Numbered from the stretch's first letter, positions 26,980 through 41,185 are shown. The stretch: DNA of 64,000 nucleotides from Octopus sinensis (GCF_006345805.1 NC_043017.1:15190001-15254000), one strand, 5' to 3'. Notes: generated from the letters alone by a model not told the origin. Translations and numbers: made by a program.

Positions 26980-28137
26980 TTACGGGTTTAACTAGTGCAG
27001 TGTTTCTGACCCACATAGGAATAATGGCACCATCACGTCTGGTGAAAATGTGACAGTCTTTTGTCTAATGGAGGACTAATGGGTTTTGGAATGACCTGTG
27101 ACCTTGTGCGGGTGAATTAGGGGTCGCTCTGGACACCCCTTGAATATGTCGTGAGAGAGGATGAGGGGGCAGAGAGGGACAGGCAGAGAGTATGGTAGAG
27201 CTGTCAGGAGAGGGTAAGGGACAGTAGGCGATAGCGATAGAGTAAGAGCAGAGGGCAACTAGAAAGGATAAGCAGTAAGGGACAGATTGAGGATATAGAT
27301 AGAGTATAGGGACCAGGGCAGTTAGAGAGGGTGTGAGCGGTACAGAGGGATATGGGGGAGTGGAAGAAGGACAGAGACGAAGTGAGGTCTGGCAGTTCGC
27401 AGTTGGTCGTCAGGAAGGACGGATCTGGGTAGTTGGTAGCTGGTCGTCAAGAAGGGCAGTCGTTGAGCGGTCGTGGAAGAACACAGACGGATCTTGGACA
27501 GACCAGCAGGGATCTTGGGATTTAAGGAGCAAGCGATTGGAATATGCAGAAGGGATATATGCGATTGGAATATGTACAGAAGGATTTAGCAGTATTCAGA
27601 GGAATTAGCAGGATTGAGAGGAATGGGACACTGGCAGATTCAATTAGGAATTGAGGTATGTGATTTGTGTATTGAACAGTGAAGAGAACAGTCAGAGACT
27701 CTGTCGATATGTCGATTATCGAGTTGTGGTGTTTATGTTCAGAATTGAGTAAAGGACTTGTTGATGTGACTTTATCTGTGATGTTCAGAAAGAGACTTTA
27801 AAGAACTGTTGAACTTTGAATTGTACTCTTGTTACATGCTGTTGTATTATGCGTTGATCTGTTGCATGATGTATTGAGTAGTCACGTGCATGTTTCCTTT
27901 AAATGTATTTGATGTTGTAACAATTGTAATTGTCGTATAAACTGTTGTTTGAATATAAGCCAGTGTCTCTGTTGCCTTGCCTCTCTTTGGGTTGAATCTC
28001 GGGTTGTGCCTCTGTATCTCTGTGCTGCTGAGGTTGTGGTTGTTGTTGTATCTCTCCTCTCTCCTCTTTGGGTTCCGTGGCGGAACTTGTGTGTGCCGTT
28101 CGGGACGAGCGACGACGGGCGATTCCGTTTCGTAACA
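26978..28137. mobile_element. Solo LTR (1160 bp) with TGTTACG...CGTAACA termini, inserted in (TA)n
   Basis: Perfect 7-bp terminal inverted repeat with TG...CA ends; (TA)n on both flanks; no internal ORF. Confidence 0.7.
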
Positions 28138-30061
28138 ATATATATATATATATATATATGTGTGTATATATACATACATACACATACACACACACACACA
28201 ATATCGAACACAAACACAGCGTATGCGGTTTTGCTAGTTCATGGGTAGGCTGAGCTTAGACAGCAATTTAGTTTGCAACGAGTAAGCGATGTTGACAAGT
28301 TACAATGATGACGAAATATCGATTTGCCTCGTTTCCGAATGAGAACAGCTGCATTGATGAGAATATATTCTCCTTCATTTATAAGCGCAGCCTGCCCGTT
28401 AACTTGCAAAAACATAGCTTGTGTATGTCCATGGTTATCCTCTTTCTCTTCGCAAAGAGATATTCTCATCACTAGGACAGTTGACCTCTATGACGTTCCA
28501 TACGTTTTTTGTCTGTCCCAAATAGCAATATCCGGTCTGTTGTGTTTACACTCGAGTTAATCGTTGTGCATGTATTCAATAACAGGAGGAATCTGTTAAC
28601 TTATTCCGAGACTGTCTTATGTATGTATGTATGTATGTATGTATGTATGTATGTATGTATGTATGTATGTATGCATGTACGCACACAAAAATTCGCAAAC
28701 ACGCACACATACCAACAATACTACGTCTACCATCGGTTAACTCGGAAAATCGGCTGAAAGCGTTTAACGGAAACCTACTTTATATATCAGACACACAAAC
28801 GGACAGCATTATCACATATTGTAAATGTAAATCGTTTATTTGAAATATTCCTCATCCATTGTAATAGTCTTATGATGAAATACATTTCATATTTTAAAAG
28901 AAATTACAGTTCGTTTCTATGGGTATTGACTGTTGCTATTGGTGGCATCTAGTGAACAGTCGCTACTATGGCGGCTCTCACCATCACAGTACAAGTCTGC
29001 AGTTGTATCGACCTAGCTTTCTTTATAATTCTGCATAGTCAGGTCAAGTGATGATGGTGAGACAGTGACGATGTTCGGTTTGTCTGTGTGTCGCTGTGAG
29101 GCGCTGTATGTCGGTATGTATCACTTTGTAGCCTGAGTGTGTGTGTATGTGGGTGTGTGTGTGTGTGGGTGTGTGTGTGTGTGGGTGTGTGTGTGTGTGG
29201 CAATAGATGGATATAAGATATAGGAATCTCTTTCGATGAGTTAATGTTTCCCAAGAAAGTAAAATGTCACCCGTTTCCAGAGAATTTGTCGAAGCAGTCC
29301 GACGAAATGTCAAGTGAATCTCAATTACTCGATAAGAAATTCCTTGTAATTCAAGACAATATTGCAGGCATTGAAGTGGTCGCTAGAAATAGTAGCTTAA
29401 TCTCCCTCAATTCACATACACATAATCTGACAAATTATAAGGAAGTTGCACTTTAGATATTACGATCCTAGATACACGTAATCTAAATTAAAGCTTGATT
29501 GTCATGGCTGGACCTTATCATAGATATGTTTAAACAAGGCTCACATAGACAGAGATCAACTACTACTAATATTACTACTACTACCGCTACTATTCCCCTC
29601 CTCTACTCCACCTTCTCCTCTTCTAACAGCTACTACTACTCCTGCTACCACTATTAATACCAGCCACTTTTAAGGGGCGGGTGTTAGTCGATTACACCTA
29701 ACCCAGTATATTACTGGTACTTTATTTCATGGATTCTGAAAGTACGATGGGCAAAGTCGATTCGCGGATGAATATTTGAAAGCAGAACACAATGAAGTGG
29801 AGTGAATGCTGCAAAGCAATTTGTACGACGCACTCTATTGATTCTTATTAGATATTTGATCGAGTTGGCTTGATCTGAAACTAGCGTCAGCTAAATCTCC
29901 TTCACAATAAGCGCCAGTTTCGTAGAACAAAAGATATATTGGACAACGTAGTATGAGTTTGAAAACCTAGCTGCTGGGAGGGTCACGGTTGGGACGCATT
30001 TGATCTAAGGTAGGTATATTCCAGACGGGCAGCTAAAGAACAACAACAAAGCAACAACTAT

Positions 30062-30341
30062 CTTCTCTTTTTACTTGTTTCAGCCATTGGACAGCGGTCA
30101 TGCTGGGGCACCGCCTTGAATTTTTAGTCGAATGAATCAACCCCAGGACTTAATTCGATTTGCTTTTCTAAGCCTAGGAGTTATTCTATCGTTATCTTTG
30201 GCCGAACCTCTAAGTTAATACACCAGCACCAGTTGTGAAGCGATGGTGCGGAGTAGAGACACACACATACACGTATACATACATTATGTATATAGACAGA
30301 CAGACAGACTGACAGACTGACAGACAGACAGACAGACAGAC

Positions 30342-30387
<46 letters not shown>

Positions 30388-30625
30388 GTAGGTAGGTAGG
30401 TAGGTAGGTAGGTAGGTAGGTAGACAGGTAGATAGATAGATGGAGTGTGTGTGTGTGAGAGAGAGAGAGATGACAGTCATCTTTCAGTTTCCGTCTACCA
30501 AATCCACTCACAAGGCTTTGGTTGACTCAAGGCTATAATGGAAGACATTTGCTTAATGTGCCACGCAGTGGAACTGATCCCGGAACTAAGTGGTTAGGAA
30601 GAAAGCTTGTTACCACGCAACTACG
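30062..30625 (-). mobile_element. SINE family A with internal (CAGA)(TAGA)(TAGG) compound microsatellite
   Basis: 3' half 30062-30260 (ttttacttgtttcagccatt...), 5' half 30475-30625 (tttcagtttccgtctaccaaatccactcacaaggc). Confidence 0.85.
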
Positions 30626-31329
30626 CCTCTTTATTCCAGAAAAAGCTTCCACGCACTGAATTTCATTGTGTTTGTTGTGATTTTTTCCAATGCTGGTTCT
30701 GCAAAAGCAAGAAGGACGGCCCCAATGATCGAAGTTTCTTAGAAGTTTTGGGTCTGGAGAGAACGACTACAGAATTTATCCTTAAACCATGTAATTCTAC
30801 ATGTTTGAATTCAAAGCAGACTTTCTTTGGATTGCTTTTTGTGTGACTGTCTTTGTAAAAAAACAGAAAATAACATTTCTCTCTTCATCTCAAATTTTTA
30901 GAACTAACCAAGTGCGCTGAATCTAAAGCTTTCCCAGTGACACAAAGTACTTTATATAAATCTGTCTAATCTCGGTGCCTCTATGATAAAAAAATACTAG
31001 TAGCTCTTATTTGGAATCCTGTGCACGTTAAGTGATATATCTCTTGCAACATAAGTGCTTCGGCACCCTCTCTCGCAATTAGGGACGATAAAAATTTTCC
31101 TTTTTAACCTTTATGGTATATTATATGCCTAGTAGTTTATATTAATTTTTAATACATGGATTAGCATTTCGTTAAATTTTATGGTAAAAATATTTCTACT
31201 GTCGGCCGGATTTCGCTAAACCATCGAGCGTTCCAGTAGTCCCTACTAACGAGCCTACCACTGATGGCCGAAACTAGTCTGGTCAACGGATCCTAGAGAC
31301 GCTCGTGGGGCGGTTATCTCCCCTGTCAG

Positions 31330-31989
31330 TCTATATATATATATAACTCAACTTGTGTGTCTGTCTGTGTGTGTGTCTGTGTGTTTAACTTCCCGGCACA
31401 TCTCCTCCTAGCCAACAAATCGTAGAACCACCAAATATGGGTCACTTAAAGTTTAGGCGAATGAAAATTGAACTGTTCTATTTCTGTTCCGAAATTCATC
31501 TAGCAAGGCAAAAATCGATAATGTGTTTGTTTAGGCCTTATAGATTATCGATTAAAGTTTGAGCATTGAAGGAGGAAACTCTAGAAAACTATCAATGTTA
31601 GGGAGTTGCCTCACTTGGAAGAAATAATGGCTGAGTGATAGAATGGCATAAGATAGCGAGGGGAATGAGAGTGGTGTGAGGGGATAGGGGAAAGTAAGAT
31701 ATAAAAATGTTTAGTGAGAGGGAAACAGCCAACGAGAAACAATGGAGAATATGAAAAATACTGGTCTAAAAGAATAATTCAACAATGCAATTATTTGATC
31801 AACCAAAATTTATGAAATGCTTCTACGTACTTCCTATTGAGGAAATGGAACTCATAAGCGCAAAAATAGAGGGCATTAATGCTTGATTTTAAAACCAAAA
31901 TAATTGAATTTTGATTGAACTTCATCCAAGTTTAACTTAATTCGCGCGTGCATAGAACGCACCAGCGCGCGAGCCGGGCGATACTGCTA

Positions 31990-31990
<1 letters not shown>
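31330..31990 (+). mobile_element. Non-autonomous Helitron-like element
   Basis: 5' TC + tatatata...(TG/TC)n; 3' GC-rich hairpin (cgcgcgtgc...gcaccagcgcgcg) then ...actgCTAG followed by T. Confidence 0.55.
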
Positions 31991-32024
<34 letters not shown>

Positions 32025-32029
32025 CTAGT

Positions 32030-32272
32030 TCGCTTGCCAGCTACGCATTGTGTCCTTGTGCAAGACCCTTTATTCCACATTGCTCCAGGCCACTCAGCAG
32101 GCAAAAATGAGTTGTACCTGTAATTCACAAGGGGCCGGCCTTGTCACATCCTGTGGTTAATGGTAGGCGTGTCGGTGGAGTACTGAGCCACTTCCACGTT
32201 TATTTCACAAACAGGTTGCTCTGTTGGCTGCTTCAACTGGAACCCTCATCGTCGTAGCTGCCGGAGTGCCTT
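32030..32272 (+). mobile_element. SINE family B
   Basis: cattgtgtccttgtgcaagaccctttattccac...aaaatgagttgtacc...gtcgtagctgccggagtgcc; related to 46390-46610 (-) and 53320-53570 (+). Confidence 0.75.
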
Positions 32273-32283
32273 ACACACACGCG

Positions 32284-32388
<105 letters not shown>

Positions 32389-32517
32389 TAACGGATCATA
32401 TTAACAAAAATCATATTAAGAATTGGTAAAGCCAGTTGTATCGGTAAACACACGATTAGTCGGGCGGACAGAGAGACAAATATGGGTAAATACGTACTTG
32501 CACGCATACATACATAC

Positions 32518-32561
<44 letters not shown>

Positions 32562-33402
32562 ATATATATACTGCAATTAAAAGCAGCAAAAATATCACCA
32601 AAACGGTTACTCAGAGTTTCACGTTCTCGCTCGTGTAACAATTCGGTTGAGAATGGAAGAAAATAAGGTTATATACATAAATATACAATTACTTTGTTAG
32701 ATACACAATTTGAAAATGCTTTTGTTTCATTGGTCCTTTCAACTAACAATCTTTTCAATAACCGGATGCAGGAAATTACAATTGCGGTTTAAAATAATTA
32801 TTATAAAAATCGAAGAAAACCTTAAATCAAAAATACCTTATGTAGAATGGGAAAATGACCTGATTCTCCAGGGTAAATAATTAGTGGTAAAAAATAATAA
32901 ATTTAAATAAATGAAAATATCCGTTAAAAAAAACTTTCACGCAAAACATACATACACATACCAAACAACCTGTTGGTACATGGCTACATACATATACAGA
33001 CAAATATAGGCATATACAATATATATATACAAATGCATATATATGTATGCACGCACACACACGCACGCGCATAATACCTCCTGGTGTATCCTTCCTTATC
33101 CAACTTAGATGTTACAGTTGAGAGAAAGAAAACGAAAAGAACATCAGAGAATAACAAGTGGTAGAAGAAAGAAAAAGGGAAAAGAAAAAGGGAAAAGAAA
33201 ATGAAAAATCTTTTAATTTATTGAAATTTATTATTTTTACCACTAATTATTTACCCTGGGTATTCAGGCCATTATTCTACTTGTTTCGCAATTATGTGCT
33301 TACTCTGGTGTGTGTGTGTGTGTGTGTGTGTCCGTGCATATATCTATGTCATGTAAGTATTATTTTCGTAAGTGATAGTGAAAGACTACGGAGAGCTGGA
33401 GA

Positions 33403-33454
<52 letters not shown>

Positions 33455-33930
33455 AAGTGAACACTCAGCGTATCGTTCCCACTATTATAAACAAAATGCA
33501 ACACAAATCCAGAAACCCGTTTGCCCGTTTTATGTACAGCTAAGTCACACACACACACACACACAGTGAACTACGATCTCATACGTATTGCATTTGCACA
33601 GAGACGCATCGACATCGCTACAATGACATCTGCATCCGCCTACAAAAGAAGTCAGTGGTAAGGTGGAGTGGTTAACACCTGTCAAAGTGTTATGATTGAG
33701 CGAGGCGAGAGCTGCGTCCTTGGATCCATCAATGATCTCACCTGAACCGGGCAACGTTTATACACAATAACCTTGTAATAAAGATCGAGCAGTTTATCAT
33801 TTAACAAGGCACCCCCGGGCCCCTTCCTTTCCATTTCCCTTTTACTACATTTGTCTGGTCTTTAATCTCTCAGCTCCATGGATACCAGTTGATGAAAATG
33901 ATATAAGAAATAACTGCGACGCGAATGTGT

Positions 33931-33974
<44 letters not shown>

Positions 33975-36679
33975 TAATAGTAAATACAGAATAAAGAATT
34001 ATTTTCTTATGCTGTAAGCTCTCCCAAGGTTTCATTATAGATACAGCGAACATTGCTATTCATCATTCGTTACAACAGAACCAGTTTCCATTAAATGCTG
34101 AGTTAAATGGAACTCATTAAAATGATTTAAGTTTTATTCGTCGTTCCGGGAATTTTTAATGCGTCTTTGATGCTAATCTGTAATGACCACTGGCCTTCTG
34201 TTGCCCAGTACAGGTGGCGTGAGCAGTGGAGAACAGCTGCACGGCCAACTGCTGGGTCTTGCCAAAACCCGTGCCTTGGACATGACACCCCTCTGTCACC
34301 TGATCACATTCTACCAACACAGACGGAAGCCCGACTTTACTGGAACAGATTCACGTACCCCTGAGATATATGATGCCAGAGAAGAAAAAGAACGATAACC
34401 TGATTATTCCGAGAGACACTATACGAAGGCAATGATTCCAGTGATGTCTCCAAGACTGATCTGTTACAAGATTGGTTAACATTTGACAAACTGACAGACC
34501 TGACTCGAACAAACACAACAAATATAACGAGATTCTTATATTTCACAGGATTATGGAATTGGAATTTTAAAGATTACCAAATCCCATTTTTGTTTCTTCA
34601 GAAAGGTCATGTGATTTAGAAATTCTGTTCCCGGATGAAAAAACTACTCCACTCTTAGGTATTTCTCTCACTTTGTTGGCCGTAGTGATAGTAGTAGTAG
34701 TAGTTGTTGTTTTTGTTGTTGTTGTTGTCACCATTCCGTCATGATTTGGACATACCAGAGGACGATCAAACGCCTTCTATCACTGTCCATCCAATATTTT
34801 TAGGTTTTTTTCTCCCCTATTTACGATGTATGAAAATCATCATAGTCAAACATGCTCCTAAACTTTTATATCGATGTAATATATATAATATAAATATAAC
34901 TATAATTTAGTTGTTGTTTCTAGCATGGCACATTGATCGCATGAAAAAAATATATATACATGCCTTCGTTAATCTCAAAGTCCTTATGTATCTGCCATTT
35001 TTTCTGCTCCTCTCTTTCTCAAACCTCCTGCTTTTCCCCATTACTCTGATTAGCCCCCTTCCCCCCTCTCTCTCTCTACTATATCGCCTATTATTATCGC
35101 CAAGCACTTCTTCAATCACGAAGAACCCTCCCCTCTTCTGCCCCGCCATTCCAATCACCAACTAAAAGAAATATTCAAAGCTACTGTGAAAGGTAGAAAG
35201 ATAATCTTTTAAGTTTGTAAACTAATTTCAGATATACGAACTGAAAAACGTTGCTATGGTAACTAATATTACCTTTTGTACTGAGGTTGTCAATATGGTA
35301 TGAAGGGAGGTTTCGCTGTGCTTTGAAGTAATAACAAAGGATTTAGCTGTTTGGTCTGATAGCAATAGGTTCTGTCATTGCTGGGGCATTGCGACCTTGG
35401 GGAGGGCGTTACATATTCCTAACACGGATAATAGATATCATCTCTATCTGCTCGAAAATGACTATCTACCTATCTATCTATCTATCTTTCTATTTCTTTA
35501 TTTATCTAACAACCACTTCATATATGTATATATGTATATAGACAGTTATTTTTTTTATCAATAGTTAGCAGAGGCAATAGAGTGAATCAATGGCCGAAAG
35601 TTTCGTGTCTTAGCAGTTATAGATGGATAGATATGTGTGTGTGTGTGAAAGAGAGAGAGAGAGAGAGAAATTGCGAGATTGCGAGCGAGAGAGAGAGAGC
35701 AAGAGCTATTACGCATAAAACTCAGTATGCCACACAGGTATATCTTATATGTGATTTTCTGCGTCCAACCTTTATCAACTAATTACATTCATCCGCTCGC
35801 GCACACAACCGCACACACACAATCACAGCCGCATACATCCACCTACACCTCTCAGCACACGTACGCGCAGATGTCTGTTTGCCTAATTAGCAAAGTATCA
35901 ATAAAACTAAATATATTTAAAATGTAACATTATTTTCTTCTTTTACTAAACAATCTTAATATGTCACTGTTCTCCAAAACATCTGATGTCATAATAATAG
36001 TTAAGACTGTGTTACTTTAAAGAGGTTTTATAAGACCAAAGCATGTTCAAAATTGTCTTCAAATCTGCCGTGATCACACTCACTTCTCAACTTCATGACA
36101 ACAAGAACAGTTTTTGATTAATTTGCTTCTCTCAGATGTCTCTCTTACTTTTTAAACCAAATTTCTCATTAAAACTAATATTTTTGTTTTAATTACAAAT
36201 ACAAATTTAATAAATTAAAAACACGCGGTTTCACTGCAGGATGTTAACTCATGATGATATAGCATTTAACTTATGAATGTCGGTGTAGGATGTAGAATGT
36301 TTTATTTCGTTAAAGGAAGGAAAACACTAAAGGATCTAAAGGTGGTTGACGTTGGCACCAATTCCGATTCTAGGAATGGTCTTTTCAGAGTATCGACATA
36401 TTCTTTATCCTTTCTGACACTAAACAATCAAGAAGTGGCACACTACTAATTACTCAACCTTTAATTATTCTATTATTCCGTAGTCCACTACTCATAGCAA
36501 CAAACTTCGAGTATAGTTATACTCCGAGACTATTGCCATAAGAATCTAATATTGGGTTGACTTTGGGTCTCAGCGTTTACGGCACCATACTGTCGACGTC
36601 ATCATTTTCCTCCATTATCCTAATTCCCATTATCATCATCATCATCATCCATTTCTACTTCATCATCATAATTCCCGCG

Positions 36680-37120
36680 GAACCCAGTGTATAGTTTGTA
36701 CATGATATTCTGGTTTGACTATTCAGCGGTCATTTTTAGCCAAGGTGTCTTGGCTATTTTGGTGGGTATGAGGAGAGTGAGTGAAGTTGATGACCATTGG
36801 GGCAGTTCTTGTGTACTCTGGATACTTTCTTCATACAGTTGTATGAGACCTCGACGATCAAAGGAGAGCTATTTCAACCAATAACTTGTTATGATCTCTA
36901 AGCCTCGAGATTTCTTGTTAGATATTTTCTATACTACTGTTTCCAGTATTTCTGCTTCATATTGCTTTTGTTGGACATGCTAACAGGAGTTCTGCTCCAG
37001 TTCTTTTAGCCATACAATTTGCTTTTTGAAATGATTATTTGTTTCCCATACAGATCTCCAGAAGCCCTCAACCTGATCTTTTGTCAGGCTTACTTTTACA
37101 GAGATTGAACTTTTCGACTT
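36680..37120 (-). pseudogene. Decayed R4/Dong-like RT fragment
   Basis: Minus strand: QVEGFWRSVWE...WLKELEQ...KKSRGLEIITSYWLK*L...QLYEE...LPQW...TLLIP...QNIMYKLYTG; parallels 60270-59850 and 63130-62750; multiple stops. Confidence 0.75.
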
Positions 37121-37515
37121 GAAGCCGACTCGGGATCTCTGGCAAATAATTTATTATAATGTAAACCTTTTTGAACTCATAATATTCTGTGCGTGTATAC
37201 CAATATTCCACTGAACTTTTTAATAATTCCTTCTGGAAACTATCTTTAACATGTTCTTGAGAATGATTATTTATGTAGTAATTCTTTTGTGCCCAATATT
37301 TTAAGGAACTTGTTAAACTTTTTTATGTCCTTAACATATCCTTGTTACCAAAGACTTATATATGTAATGTAGCATTTTGTAACAACCAATTTTGCAAACA
37401 AACTTCTACATGTTACTTTTGACAATCTTTTTCCAAAGAGTGAAACCGGTAAAGTAAATAAACATCTTTTAAAATTGCATTTTCAAACCTTCTTTCGTAT
37501 ATATATATATATATA

Positions 37516-38318
37516 TAATGTTTTTTCCCCCATACTTTTGTGAGTTGGTTTAGGCAAGCACTATCTGAGAGAGATCTTCTTTAAGTATTAGAAATAGCTG
37601 AAGAAATTTCTTTAGCTGCTATTTCTAATGAGTTCAGTATGTGGCAAAGTAATTTATTTTACTAAGCCCTTATATATAATGTAATATTTTGAATTCGCCT
37701 ATAATGGTCCCTTTACATACTGAATACTTGGTGAAATTGATTAATAATTAATTAATTTTACCCTCAATTGTTGAAATTATAATTCATCTCTCTCTGCTAA
37801 ATTCTGCGGTTTTCACCGTTAATACATGGTGTTTGTCAATTTTAACCCACGCTGGTGGAAAGGGGAGAGCAGAAATTCTTCGCTTGCATATTCGAATTTG
37901 ATAGCACTTTTAGTCCGAGCAGAATTCTAGAGGTGATTAGAAGCCGAAAGGGTATGCTCCCGACTTTCAGTGTTCCCAAATCCGATTCAAGGAATTCTGA
38001 GCTGAAGAAAGAATGTCGAATTGACTAATCTAGAAACGTACGTTCTCAATAACCTTTGCACTTGATTTTAATGTTTTTTCCCCCATACTTTTGTGAGTTG
38101 GTTTAGGCAAGCACTATCTGAGAGAGATCTTCTTTAAGTATTAGAAATAGCTGAAGAAATTTCTTTAGCTGCTATTTCTAATGAGTTCAGTATGTGGCCA
38201 AAGTAATTTATTTTACTAAGCCCTTATATATAATGTAATATTTTGAATTCGCCTATAATGGTCCCTTTACATACTGAATACTTGGTGAAATTGATTAATA
38301 ATTAATTAATTTTACCCT

Positions 38319-38322
<4 letters not shown>
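37516..38322. repeat. Near-identical 253/254-bp direct repeat (37516-37768, 38069-38322) with a 300-bp spacer
   Basis: Only one difference seen by eye (gtggcaaag vs gtggccaaag); (TA)n on both outer flanks. Confidence 0.92.
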
Positions 38323-38385
<63 letters not shown>

Positions 38386-38397
38386 TGTGTGTGTGTG

Positions 38398-38466
<69 letters not shown>

Positions 38467-39308
38467 GGTTTTTCAGCTGTAGCCGTGAGTTCTTGTCTCA
38501 GCTGATGCAGTTTGGAGTTTATGGTCTCGAATATTGTATCATCAAATCGCCTCTCTAGTAATCGCTTGAGGTCTTCCTGGTGTATGAAGTTGTTCATAAC
38601 AACAACGATCCGTGATATTCCTTTTTATAAGAATAAAATTTGGTTTCTTCAGTTCCGTGCTAGTTCAGGGTTTCTGTGTGAATTTTCATTGCTTGGTTTC
38701 AGCTGTTTGCGATGAGCTAGTAATGTAACACCTAAGACATATCAAAGGTTGCTTTCAGACCTGTGGACAGGATTCTCTTCAGATATTGGTTTACTATTTC
38801 CTTTACTGCCACCAATTCTTATTCACAGCGTTTCTTTACTCAAACCTGTCATTGAAATTACGGTCGACGACATGTTCAAATATATCATCCCAAATACCTT
38901 GCAGGCATTCAGAGATGTTTGGTGACCTGCTGTTTGTAAAGTTTTGGTATAGAACTCAGCTAAATTGTTGCCATTCTGCTTACTGCTAGGGGTATTTAAC
39001 TGTTCTGTCTGTCCATCAATGGGAGTGGAAAGATTATCTTCCATGGCTGGTTTTATAGTGCCAGCCTGCTTTGAATCAGACATTTCTGTTAGACATATCA
39101 TTTTACACCTAATGATACGTTTTACTTGTTCATTTAAACGTCTTGGATAAAAATCTAATTCTAGGTATGTATCTATATTTTATTTTGGCTTTCCTAGACT
39201 CTGGCTACTCTCACTTTCAGCAGTTGGTGTACAGGATAGTTAGGAAAGTTACGAGTTCAAAATAAATGGAAAATTGTGTGTGTGCGTGTGTGCATTTTTA
39301 TATATATA

Positions 39309-39443
39309 TTTTTTAATCGACAGAATGTTATTGGGTCTCTCAAAGGCCGGCAGTTTCCTTCAAGGCACTTATCAAATTTTATTAAGGGACCTACACGAAA
39401 CTCCTGGCCTTTGTGTCACTTTTTTAACTTTCTGGCGATTAAA
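39309..39443. mobile_element. Small MITE-like hairpin (~47-bp imperfect TIRs)
   Basis: ttttaatcgacagaatgtta...aaaggccggcagtttc / gaaactcctggcctttg...taactttctggcgattaaaa. Confidence 0.6.
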
Positions 39444-39459
39444 AGATATCGAGCATGCA

Positions 39460-39492
<33 letters not shown>

Positions 39493-40133
39493 ACGCACAC
39501 ATTTCATCTACTGGGTTTTATTTCTCGTATTTGTTCTATGAAACACGCAAACATATATATACATATATATAAAAATGAATATATGTATATGCATGCACAC
39601 ACACAAACACGTTCATACCTATATAATTATATGGATGTATGCACCTATGTATTTATGTACGAAAGTGTATGCACTTATGTGTTCTTGTGTGTGCATGTGG
39701 GTATATGTGGGTCTGTATGAGTGTGCTTATGGGCGTATTTATAAAAGCATTTATATTTCATTCTGCAATACGATGTGTCTTGGTGCAATCTTGAACTGAA
39801 ATATAATTAAATGCACAGAAATTTCTATACAGTGTAGAGGAATGCACATATATATACACATGTATATAATATAATATATATATAATATATGTGTGTGGTG
39901 TGTGTGTGTGTGTGTGTGGTGTGTGTGGTGTGTGTTACCATTCGCTGTATCTTCTATAATTGGAACGCTCTGACATCGGATAACCTTCTACAGAACAATT
40001 TTGATTTCTACTCAGAGAAATGGTATTTACAAATGGAACATGGTAAGTAGAAGAGAGAAATATATTCCTGGCAGCAATTATGTGTATGTATGTATGTATG
40101 TATGTATGTATGTATGTATGTATGTATAGATAG

Positions 40134-40217
<84 letters not shown>

Positions 40218-40371
40218 TTAGATAGAGATAAATAGATAGATAAAATTATATATATATATATATAAATATGTGTTCATGTATATGCATGTGTGTGTATATA
40301 TATGTATGTGTGTGTTTGTTTATACAGGCCTGTATAAGTATATATATATTTACATCTAAATGTATATGTCT

Positions 40372-40805
40372 TTTTTTATTCTTTTATTTGTTTCAGTCAT
40401 TTGACTGCGGTCATGCTGGAGCACTGCCTTGAAGGTCTTTAGTAAAAAAAGTCTACCTAGGGCTTATTCTATCCGTCTCTTTGGCCGAATAGGTAAACTT
40501 ACGGGGACGTAAACACTCCAACAGTGGCTGTCAAGCAATGGTGTGAGGACAAACACATACACAATATATATATATATATATACTCTCTTTTACTCTTTTA
40601 CTTGTTTCAGTCATTTGACTGCGGCCATGCTGGAGCACCGCTTTTAATCGAGCAACTCAACCCCGGGACTTATTCTTTTGTAAGCCCAGTACTTATTCTA
40701 TCGGTCCCTTTTGCCGAACCGCTAAGTAACGGGGACATAAACACACCAGCATCGGTTGTCAAGCAATGCTAGGGGACAAACACAGACACACAAACACACA
40801 CACGC

Positions 40806-40836
<31 letters not shown>

Positions 40837-41002
40837 TACGACGGGCTTCTTTCAGTTTCCGTCTACCAAATCCACTCACAAAGCTTTGGTCGACCCGAGG
40901 CTATAGTAGAAGACACTTGCCCAAGGCACCACGCAGTGGGGCTGAACCCGGAACCATCTGGTTGGTAGACAAGCTACTACTGCGCTTATATATATATATA
41001 TA

Positions 41003-41055
<53 letters not shown>

Positions 41056-41074
41056 GATGCATACATATATATAC

Positions 41075-41140
<66 letters not shown>

Positions 41141-41185
41141 ATATATATATATATATATGTATATATATTATATATATATATATAT

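Noticed and set aside
32605-32655. Hammerhead on the minus strand (GAAACTCTGAGTA)
   Set aside because: The stem III half looks right but no CUGANGA core or stem I pairing is recoverable.
34167-34546. GC-richer coding-like segment
   Set aside because: Possibly a LINE C-terminal relic, but I cannot match any motif.
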